Below, one piece after another: positions 11,621 to 21,400 of a stretch of DNA of 64,000 nt. Location: assembly GCA_002269645.1 (NCBI GenBank), contig NIVC01000687.1:100624-164623 (forward strand), in the 5' to 3' direction. Origin of the DNA: Macrostomum lignano. Taxonomy: Eukaryota. Numbering within the stretch: position 1 is the stretch's first letter; each line of letters starts with the position of its first letter. The notes under the pieces were generated by a model. That model was not told the DNA's origin and did not search any database. It saw only the letters and a list, made by a program, of their open reading frames with translations. The translations under genes and the position numbers were made by a program.

Positions 11621-13175
11621 GCGCACCAGCTGAAACCCTGCTTTCTAAAGACCCTGGCAGCGTACGCTGGATAGCTGCGCGCGGCCTTCGCGATCAATCT
11701 AGTACTCTATCATCTTGGTCTGTCTAAATTGACCTGAATTGCAACCGTCGGTGACTCCCCCCAGCTAACTGAAGCAACAGGCTTTCTACTACTTGTCCTC
11801 GAGCGAGAATCGTCTTGAGAAATTTGATTTTTCTTTAGAGCGTTCTGTAGAGGATACTAAATGCACTGGCGGTACGAAAAATTAATTACGTTCCTCCTGC
11901 TCATTTCTTAGCGTCTTTCTACTTTAGGTGTTCGTGGTACTATTAAGACCATATTTGACAGCGCATTTTGTCAGATATGGGCAGATGAGGCCGATCTGAG
12001 TTTACTCTGACAGTGACAGTAGCAATAATACTTTTGCAGCAATACTTCTACAGTAATATTTCTAGTTTTGTACTTTTTTCTACAGAAATTCTACTGTAAT
12101 TCTACTGTAAAAATCCAAAAGCATCGATTTTATGAATTCCCCATATAGGTTACCAAGGTAGACAAATTTGGGGTATTGACTAACCAAGGCCAGAAACTTT
12201 CTGAAGCGGAAAGCAACCTTTGTTTTGGTCTCTTTCCACCATTCAAACAAATTAGAAAAAGTTTTCTAGCTTTCAGAGCTTAGAAAATTTAAGTAATCCA
12301 GAAAATTTTGTTTAGAAGATGCGAAAGTATTTGAGGAACTGATTTTGACTTTTTAAGTGCTTCTGGCAGAACTGCATGGCGACTACGGGACAAAAAACGA
12401 CTCTCGATTATTTAATCATTATAAAGCTTCAGTAGCAGTAGTATAGCATTGATTTAAAGTTTAGGATTTCCGAGTATATTAATATATGCATCTTATACAT
12501 TTAGACGTCTCTTTCTATTGAAAGCTTTCCAGACTTTTTCTGGTTTACAGCGGCTTTTCCTGCAGCCAGCACGAGTTTGTTGCTTTTTGTTTTATTGAAA
12601 TGGTTCTTTTTGCTTTCTAAAGAGAAAACGTTTTTCGCCGCGCTTTTAAAAAATCGAATCAGGCAATTTCCATACCGCATCATGTATTTCTTTTACTTGT
12701 CAGTTTAAAAGTAATTCTTTCAGAATTAAGAGACTTTGTCGGAGTTGGCTTGGGAATGAATGAATTTTTTTTCCAAACAGCTCGACAAACAGTTTTCGCA
12801 AACAAATCAAAACAAAAGCGGGGTGTTAAAAAAATTGCAACTCCAAGGTAACAAAATTGTTATAAAAAAAAAGATTTTTACACAATAAACACACACAGCT
12901 GTAGTGTGTGCAAATCTGTTGAGCAAAAAAAGAATTTTAAGAGTCATATAGTGTTTTTTAGTTCTCTTGCTCAGCTTTTTCTGCTATTGTATATTCTTTT
13001 CTGTTTCAGCACAACAACTGTAGAAAAACACACGTGACCTTTCAGGGACCCGCCAATTCATTCAATTCATGCAGGTATTGTCTGATTTTTCTCCTGGATT
13101 TTTTCATTTAGTGCCGCTGTTTAGGGGCGTATTGAATATCGAATCGTGCTCATGCATCCCTCGCGCGATCTCCAT

Positions 13176-13216
<41 letters not shown>

Positions 13217-13789
13217 AAAAGCAACAACAATACGCAGTTAGCGTCACAGCTCACAGGGCGCGCCTCAAGGCCAGGTCGCGAATGAACGCCACGCCGCCGG
13301 CCGAATCTGGGTCGCCGGCGTCAGCCAGCAGGCAGTCGACGAAACGCCGAGTGCACGCCTGCCCCTGCCGGTAGGGGGCCTGCAGCGTTAGCAGCAGCAC
13401 CTCCTGCACCGGCTCTGGGCAGTACGACTGGGCGCGGATGATCTGGACTGCCAGCTGGAGTGGCCGACGGCGCAACAGGTCGCTTGGACGGATCAGACCG
13501 GCGCGGCGATACAAAGCCGCGTTTGTCACTCGCTCGTAGCCGATCTTGAAGGCGGTTTGAAGCAGGCCAGCGTGCACCGCGTCAACTTGTTGCTCCAGCG
13601 ACTCCGTCAGCGTTTAGATCCCGGCATTGTACAGCAGGACGGTCTCGATCACCGCCTGGAACAACGCCGCCCTCTGGCGATCAGGTAAGGCCTCGGACTG
13701 CAGGACTGCCCTTACAGAACGAAAGGCAGCCCAGGAAAGCCCGCGGCGACGCCGCAAATCCTCGCGGACGCCGGAAACCAGAGCCTCAG
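13176..13789 (-). mobile_element. 5'-truncated RTE retrotransposon with (TTG)n tail and 9 bp TSD
   Basis: RTE ORF C-terminus (LSWAAF...VIETVLLYNAGI*TLTESLEQQVDAVHAGLLQTAFKIG...RRAL*), (AAC)n on the plus strand at ~13177-13230, and GATCTCCAT duplicated at 13167-13175 and 13790-13798. Confidence 0.88.
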
Positions 13790-14699
13790 GATCTCCATGC
13801 GGCTACGTCAAGCAAAAGAAAAATGTTTGACAGAGATAGTAGGTCATAAAATGTCTCTGGTAAATACTGTTGCTTCACAATTACAAAAAACCCGAACTTA
13901 TCCCTCGAATTTTGCATGCCTTGTACACCTCAAACTTATACCTGTTTTTGTGGACTCCAGTCCGCTCGTTCATTCCTCAGTCCAACAGTATAAATAGGGA
14001 CAGTACTTAGCTAGCTACTCATTAATTCAAGTAACAGATGAAATTGAAGGGACTCTATAAAAGAGCATAGCTAAGTCTGGGGTGATACATGTACATGTAT
14101 CTCAGAGTATGCAGTTGATATCGTGCAGGGTTAAATCTCTTTTTTAGCTGAGCTTTCTGCATTTTCACTGATTTTGTTTCACTCAAAGTCTAAATTAACA
14201 CATTCATATATCACATTATTGTTTCATGAGAGCCAGCAGTCAAAGATTAAAATAGTTGTACATATACCGACATTCTGTATTTGTGCATACCAATGTAGTG
14301 TGTAATGCCGCAACCGAAACTACAAGTAATTAAAGGATTTTTAATTGATTTCCGAAACACGTTCGCTAGTTTGGCGTACTATTTCTATCATGACCATGTT
14401 CACTGCTAGCTATACTTATTTAATTCGCTGCAGGTTTGTAATAAAATTAGCTCCGAAACCCTGTACGACACATTCAGACACCATCGACAGTATTATGTTC
14501 TTTTTAGTCGGGACTTTACCTAATCTGGGAACTGCTAATTAACACACAGAAGAGTGAAAAAAAAAGCGTCAGGAGGGAGAAGGTAAAAAAGCGGTTACTG
14601 CACGTGAGGTTAGTCATTAAAACATCAATCGTTCCATCGACTCGATTCCTAGCCAAAATATAGGACATTCTAACCAATCTGTCCAAAAAAATAAAAATT

Positions 14700-15764
14700 T
14701 TAGGAAAAGTAAAGTCCAATCTCCGTCAATTCGGACTCAGTAAGTGTATCATTGGCAATGGCATAGCATAGAAATCTGCCCTTCAGTGAGTACGACGGAT
14801 TGCTGTTGTAGCCGAGACGCAGGCATAGAGGAGTACCCGATATTGTTGTTGAGCCACTATTGACGGCTTTCAGACTCCCAAGATGGTAGAAGTTTGTCAC
14901 GGTGCTGCCATTGAAAATCACTCCAACAGAAGCTACTTGGTTAATGCTCGTGAAGTACAGAACGGTACCGGAATTATTAGCAATAACGGAGCCGGAAAGA
15001 GGGTGTACCACATTGATTTTACCATCATCGTCGAAGAACTCGCCTCTGTTGACGGTGCTCGAGCAGTCGTAGAAGTAGTGATACGTTTGGTGGCTGCCTT
15101 CTCGATATGTTCGAGAGTAAATTGTGAACTTCTTTGACTCAGCAAGGTAAGTCGAGGCCAGAGTGTTCCCGTCGGTGTCCACCTCGATGAAGTCTTGATC
15201 GCTGTTTCCAGGAAAATGGACACCATCAGAATCTTGAGTCAAAGATCCGCGAGGAGTAGCCATGTACTTTGACGGGTTTATGAGGTTAAAGTAGCTCTTT
15301 CGGAAGTCAAAGAAGATTACCAGCTTAGACAGGATGCTATCAGAGAGACTTGGTGGCGGTGGTGCTGTTGATTGAGTGGTAGTTGTCATGGAGTTTTGAG
15401 TCGTTGGAGCAGTTGTCGTGGAGCTCATATCTTTTGACTCGTTCCAAACCTTGATGTAGCTTTCGCACTGTTCAGTTCCAGATGTGTTCGTCGAGGAAAA
15501 AAGCGTAGAAAGCTGCTCAGAGTCTCCAAAGTAGCAGAGTTTTGAGCTGCTTTGGAATATGACAGCGCAGGTGCTACTGACGGCACATTTAAACACGCAA
15601 GTCTTCAAGTCGTGCGAGCCGTCCAGCTTGGAAAGTTGATCGAAACTTGAACTGGAGGGGCAAGTTTGCGTCTTAGAGAACTTCAGCTTTTGAGTTTCAC
15701 AGCAGTTTGATGACTTAAAAATAGTCCAGAGCAGGACAATTAAGTAAATTTTCTTGCAGTCCAT
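14700..15764 (-). CDS. Intronless secreted protein: signal peptide + PAN/apple-like domain + Thr/Ser/Pro linker + LamG/concanavalin-like domain (354 aa)
   Basis: ATG at 15764 gives MDCKKIYLIVLLWTIFKSSNCC (hydrophobic leader). Then CVFKCAVSSTCAVIFQSSSKLCYFG (PAN cysteine pattern), STTTTAPTTQNSMTTTTQSTAPPPP, and LVIFFDF...KFTIYSR...LRLGYNSNPSYSLKGRFLCYAIANDTLTESEL (LamG-like). Domain calls come from motif recognition, not an HMM search. Confidence 0.8.
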   Translation of the reverse strand: MDCKKIYLIVLLWTIFKSSNCCETQKLKFSKTQTCPSSSSFDQLSKLDGSHDLKTCVFKCAVSSTCAVIFQSSSKLCYFGDSEQLSTLFSSTNTSGTEQCESYIKVWNESKDMSSTTTAPTTQNSMTTTTQSTAPPPPSLSDSILSKLVIFFDFRKSYFNLINPSKYMATPRGSLTQDSDGVHFPGNSDQDFIEVDTDGNTLASTYLAESKKFTIYSRTYREGSHQTYHYFYDCSSTVNRGEFFDDDGKINVVHPLSGSVIANNSGTVLYFTSINQVASVGVIFNGSTVTNFYHLGSLKAVNSGSTTISGTPLCLRLGYNSNPSYSLKGRFLCYAIANDTLTESELTEIGLYFS

Positions 15765-15809
15765 TAGAAGCAGTGAATGGAGCCCTGTCCGATTATGTGA
15801 TCGCAACAA

Positions 15810-15876
15810 GGATCTGAGGCAGTGACCAAACTACAGTTCTTTTATAAAGTCTGCTTTAGCTTTACGACCAATCAAC
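15810..15876 (-). promoter_or_regulatory. Putative core promoter of the PAN/LamG gene
   Basis: TATAAA on the minus strand at 15846-15841, about 77 bp upstream of the ATG; Inr-like TCAG near 15815; CCAAT near 15869. Confidence 0.5.
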
Positions 15877-16649
15877 AATCAGCTGCTGAATGCAGCCGGG
15901 AGAAATCTTACAATTAAGCAGGCATGTATCAATTGAGGCAATATACCTTGATGTGCGTGTAGAATATAAACGGTACTTTAGCATATAGGCTTCCTAGCCT
16001 AAATATTAGCACTTAATTGACAACGGTAGACCGCTTATTGTCGCTGAAATAGTTCCAATTTATGCATAATTCGCACACATACACCCATTGTCTTTAACTA
16101 AATCCTGATTCAATTTAAAAACTTAAGAGGGAGAAACCTGTCTGTACTGGAAAAAGGCAGGGACTCACGCTTAGCTGTTTTCCGATCTCATTAGTTTTAT
16201 TACTATACATTCTCTGAATATTCTTTGTGTTGTTGGAGCTGTTTCTCTACTGTATTGCAGTGGGTAGCCATGGAAACTGTTCCAAATCATTTTTTTATTG
16301 CTTTAGAAGCTTTTTTGAGATGCATTGGGACTCAATGCAAAAGACTCGTACCCGATCTGTGATCACATCTACGGCATATGGGAATTGATTCTAAATCGAC
16401 GAAACTCTCCATATACATTATCTCGGTTGAGTACTAGATAGTCAGATTTATTAAGGTAATTCGTGTGTTTATTATACTAATTGTGCTAATTTATGTAAAA
16501 ATGGAGCAAGCTGCATTGAAAAGTAGCTATTGTAGAAAAAAATTTAGAGTGTTCTTGAATGGCGTACGCAGGCTTTTCATTTGGGAATCCGCAACTTTAA
16601 ATGGATTTTTGGGAAAAGGAAAAGCCAATTTTTTGTGTCTTAGTTGGCG

Positions 16650-17342
16650 CCCCCGTCTCTTGGTGGGTGCCCCTGTCTCTTATGGTGGGCACCCCTGTGC
16701 TTTAGGGTGGGGGCCCCTGTATCTTATGGTGGCGCCCCTGTATCTTATGGTGGCGCCCCTGTATCTTATGGTGGGCGCCCCTGTATCTTATGGTGGCGCC
16801 CCTGTATCTTATGGTGGCGCCCCTGTATCTTATGGTGGGCGCCCCTGTATCTTATGGTGGCGCCCCTGTATCTTATGGTGGCGCCCCTGTATCTTATGGT
16901 GGGCGCCCCTGTCTCTTATGGTGGCGCCCCTGTATCTTATGGTGGCGCCCCTGTATCTTATGGTGGCGCCCCTGTATCTTATGGTGGGCGCCCCTGTCTC
17001 CTTTGGTGGGCGCCCCTGTCTCTTATGTGGGCGCCCCTGTCTCTTATGGTGGGCGCCCCTGTCTTTTATGGTGGGCACCCTTGTCTCTTATGGTGGGCAC
17101 CCTTGTCTCTTATGGTGGGCGCCCCTGTCTCTTATGGTGGGCCCCCCTGTCTTTTGGTGGACGTCCCTGTCTCTTATTATGGGCCCCCTGTCTCTTGATG
17201 GTCGCCCCTGTCTCTTATGGTGGCCCTTCCCCCTGTCTTTTGGTGGGCGCCCCTGTCTTTTGATGGGTGCCCCTGTCTCTTATGGTGGGCCCCCCTATCT
17301 CTTATGGTGCCCCCCCTGTCTCTTATGGTGGGCGCCCCTACT
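16650..17342. repeat. 21-22 bp minisatellite (GGTGG(G)CGCCCCTGTATCTTAT)
   Basis: About 30 tandem units, homogeneous in the centre and degenerate at the edges. Confidence 0.95.
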
Positions 17343-17849
17343 GTCTCTTAAGCGGAAGCCGGTGGATGCCTTATTCAGGAGGGGACAAACGTTGAGTACC
17401 TGCCATTCTTCAAGTAAGATACATATTGCAGAGGCGGTAGGTAGGTCACGTATTTTTCCAGGGTTCAATTTGGCCCCTACTAGCCGTGTAGTTTGCTTTG
17501 TTCTCAATTGATTCACTAATCATTCGAATGTAACTTTATGAACGTGCTATTAAATATGCATTTTCGTGACAACTGAAACAATACCAAAATTTGTTTTGAT
17601 TTATTAATAGCGTACGAATAAGTCAGTCTGCGTTTAAAGTTCAAAGCTCTTCTAGTTAAGGGGTTTTAGAGGGTTTTTTAAGTTGCAACGATTCCTATTC
17701 TTCTGCGAGGAGTCTACGTGTAGATAAAAATCACATAAAAAAATTCAAAAGAAGCGATGCCGATTCTGATTCTCGTCAACCAACTTTAATTTTAATTTCA
17801 AACGTTTTACATTTACTATGTTTTACTTAGAGCGCTTTTCAAGCATTGA

Positions 17850-18085
17850 TAATCTGGGGGGGGGGGGTAAATAGTGCTAATCTGAGGAGCGTTGCTAATC
17901 TGAGCAGCGGTGCTAATCTTGGAAAAGTGTTGTTAAGGTGAGTGGTGCTGAGTTTGTTTTTGCAAAAATGAGAAAAAGTAATTTTTGATTAATGGGAATG
18001 GTAATTATGGTTACCATTGGACCAAAATAAAAACCACTTGGTGTCATTTCTCAGGCCCCTCAGCGGGGGGGGGGCTAATGGCTAG
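17850..18085 (+). mobile_element. 3' end of a Helitron-like element (hairpin + CTAG)
   Basis: GCCCCTCAGCGGGGGGGGGGC (18055-18075) then CTAG at 18082-18085. The upstream ~160 bp is homologous to 62995-63225. Confidence 0.55.
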
Positions 18086-18481
18086 TCCTTCTAAATATAC
18101 TAAATCTCTAATATTTGTTTGTTTGTATGCTTGTCCATAACGCTCTAGAGACTGCAATCTAAATATACTAAATCTCTAATCTTAATACTAAATCTTAATA
18201 CTAAAGTTGGTGCGATGTTTGTCTGTCTGTATGTTGCAATTTTTCTCCAAGACTACTTGCAACTCAGCGTTGAAACTTATATGGGTAAATCTTAATACTA
18301 AAGTTGGTGCGATGTTTGTCTGTCTGTATGTTGCAATTTTTCTCCAAGACTACTTGCAACTTCTTAATACTAAATCTAAATACTAAAGTTGGTGCGATGT
18401 TTGTCTGTCTGTATGTTGCAATTTTTCTCCTAGACTACTTGCAACTCATCTATCTATCTCGTCTATCTATCTATCTATCTA
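18086..18481 (+). mobile_element. Cluster of truncated Helitron 5' ends
   Basis: TC(T/A)TAATACTAAA or TCTAAATATACTAAA starts recur at ~18090, 18160, 18180, 18190, 18290, 18361 and 18372, followed by (TCTA)n. Confidence 0.75.
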
Positions 18482-21400
18482 TATATACTAAAGTTGACGC
18501 GTTGTTTGTCTGTCTGTATGTCAGTTCGATAACTCCTCCTAGAATACTTGCAACTCAGCGTTGAAACTTATATGGGAAAACTGCAAATTTTCCGAGGATG
18601 GCTTTAGGCTATTTTAATCTTTCATTTTCAATTTTTAAGATCCCTAAAAAAGCAGAAAACGGCGGTCTTGACCTTTGATAATCTTAATTGTCCCCTCTTT
18701 CTGCTCGGAGCTGAAAATTGGCATAAATTTTGAGTGATTACGCCACAACTTTTTCCTATGTCGCCAGTGCATTTTCTCTCCTGTGGGGGAATGGGCGCGT
18801 TCTCATTGGCGGCGTGTGTACAATTGGACCCTGGCTCACTGGCTGACTTTATAGATAATTGCGCAATGATATGGCTACTGATAAGTTTTCCTGCCTATCA
18901 ATGGGCAGTCCTGTGTATTTGTTGGACATTGAAATTCAATGCATCAACTTGCAAGCAGGCAGTGAACGTACACTCGATACTTCAATGCTATAAATCAGAC
19001 AGTTTCAAACGCTAACTGTTCCTCGAGTTTTAAACTTTGAGAGGAGAAACTTATATTGCTGGCAAGATCTTGCAACGCTGAGTTCGGGGATATAAGTTGT
19101 TTGCTTTAACTATGAAAAGAAAAAGCACAGCATTTGGAAAACTATTTCCATACTTTTAACTTTTTGCAAATATTGTACTCAGTTTTGCAAGACGTAATAG
19201 ATAAAGTTGGGGGGAGGGTTCAACTTCTCACTACAGCTGTGGATTGGAGGGTTGATTTAGATTGCGCAATCTTTTGTTAACTTTACCTGAGGCTGATACT
19301 GACTGACTGTGAAATCGGTTGCGCAATGAATTGATTCAATTAGTTCAATATTTTTATCTGTGCCTTTTAACACGAAGCTGTGCGTAGTTCTAACCCTAAC
19401 CCTAACCCTAACCCTAATGAATCTGGCGAGTTGAGTTGTTTGACGGAAAAAATTCGATTAAGTCAAGTTTAGCGGAGACGATTTCAATGTTTAAATTCTG
19501 ACGGAGAAGATTTCTGTTTCGTGGAGAGGATTTCGATGATGTTCAGTTTCACGAAAGGATTTCCATGGTGTTCAGTTTCACGGAGAGGATTTCGATCATG
19601 TTCAGCTTCACGGAGAGGCTTTCTGTTTCGCTGAGATAATTTATGATTGATTTCTGTTTTATGGAAACAATTTTGATGGATTCAGGTTTCAAGGAGAGGA
19701 TTTCGAAGGAGTCCAGTTTCACTGAGAGGATTTCGATGGTTTTTAGTTGCACAGACAGGATTTTTGCTTCGCGGAGAGGATTTTGATGGATTTGGCATCT
19801 TCAATCAGTCAGAGAAGAGAGTAAAGAGAAGACTGAAAAGAGAAGAGAGAAGAGATGATAGAAAACAGAGTAAAATTGAGTGGAGAGATTAGACATGACA
19901 GATTGGAGATGATAGGAGAGAGAATAGATGAGGGATAAGAGCGTACAGAGGCAATAGAAGAGAGGGGAGAGTAGAGGAGAAAGAAAGAGTGAGATGAGGA
20001 GATGAGGAGATGAGGGATGAGAGAGGAGGGGAGAGAGGAGACAGGAGAGAGTACAGACGAAAGACTAGGGAGAAGATATAAATAAGGTAGTAAAGATGAG
20101 AGGAGAGAGAGGAGAGAGAAGCGAAAGGAGAAGAGAGTGAGGAGAGAGGAGAGAGATGAAAGGAGCAAGGAAAGGAGAAAAGAGAGAATGGAGAGAATAG
20201 AAAAGAGAGAAGAGAAGAGACAGGGGATAGTGAAAAGGAGGAAGAAAGATGGGAGACAAGAAAGTAGTGTCAGAGCGTATATGAAATATGAGAAATGAGA
20301 GCAGAGAGAAGAGAAAAGAGAAGAGAGAGAGAGGGTTAAGAGAGACGATAGATAAGTGAGTAGAGATGACATATGAGAGAGGAGAGAAGAGGGAGAGATA
20401 AGAGTGAAGAGAGGAGACAGAAGACAGGAGAAGGTACAGACGAAAGACGAGGGAGAAGAGATAAATAAGGGAACAGGGGTAGAGATGAGATGAAAGAGAG
20501 GAGAGAGGAGATATGAGAGACTTGAGAGTCTTTGAGCTATGGTCTTTGAAAGATTTTGTAAAGAATTTGGAGACGATTTGGAAGATAGGGTTAAAGACAT
20601 GGAATTTCAGTTGATGGATATTTCAGGGAATAGAATTCCGGTGATGGGAGTTCTTCCCCTTTCTCCTCCGAAGGAGGAGTTCCACTCGTATATACTAAAG
20701 TTGACGCGTTGTTTGTCTGTCTGTATGTCAGTTCGATAACTCCTCCTAGAATACTTGCAACTCAGCGTTGAAACTTATATGGGAAAACTGCAAATTTTCC
20801 GAGGATGGCTTTAGGCTATTTTAATCTTTCATTTTCAATTTTTAAGATCCCTAAAAAAGCAGAAAACGGCGGTCTTGACCTTTGATAATCTTAATTGTCC
20901 CCTCTTTCTGCTCGGAGCTGAAAATTGGCATAAATTTTGAGTGATTACGCCACAACTTTTTCCTATGTCGCCAGTGCATTTTCTCTCCTGTGGGGGAATG
21001 GGCGCGTTCTCATTGGCGGCGTGTGTACAATTGGACCCTGGCTCACTGGCTGACTTTATAGATAATTGCGCAATGATATGGCTACTGATAAGTTTTCCTG
21101 CCTATCAATGGCAGTCCTGTGTATTTGTTGGACATTGAAATTCAATGCATCAACTTGCAAGCAGGCAGTGAACGTACACTCGATACTTCAATGCTATAAA
21201 TCAGACAGTTTCAAACGCTAACTGTTCCTCGAGTTTTAAACTTTGAGAGGAGAAACTTATATTGCTGGCAAGATCTTGCAACGCTGAGTTCGGGGATATA
21301 AGTTGTTTGCTTTAACTATGAAAAGAAAAAGCACAGCATTTGGAAAACTATTTCCATACTTTTAACTTTTTGCAAATATTGTACTCAGTTTTGCAAGACG

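Noticed and set aside
15809-15830. GGATCTGAGGCAGTGACC resembles the WDR18 intron-2 repeat unit
   Set aside because: It is a single short gapped match, compatible with chance.
16465-17511. Repeat-peptide ORFs here, at 720-1432 and at 55687-56709
   Set aside because: They are translations of minisatellites, open in several frames and on both strands.
19809-20600. Long Leu/Ser-rich minus-strand ORFs (also 22014-22577, 24117-24989, 28184-29254, 35702-36493, 38411-39082)
   Set aside because: They are the reverse complement of purine-only blocks, which cannot readily form stop codons, and frames shift freely between paralogous units.
20539-20739. Recurrent small ORF MVFERFCKEFGDDLEDRVKDMEFQLMDISG... 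(also 22743, 25045, 29198, 39217)
   Set aside because: It runs across the terminator hairpin and unit junction, its C-terminus differs in each copy, and the differences I saw are mostly non-synonymous (C/S, K/Q, R/G, E/Q).
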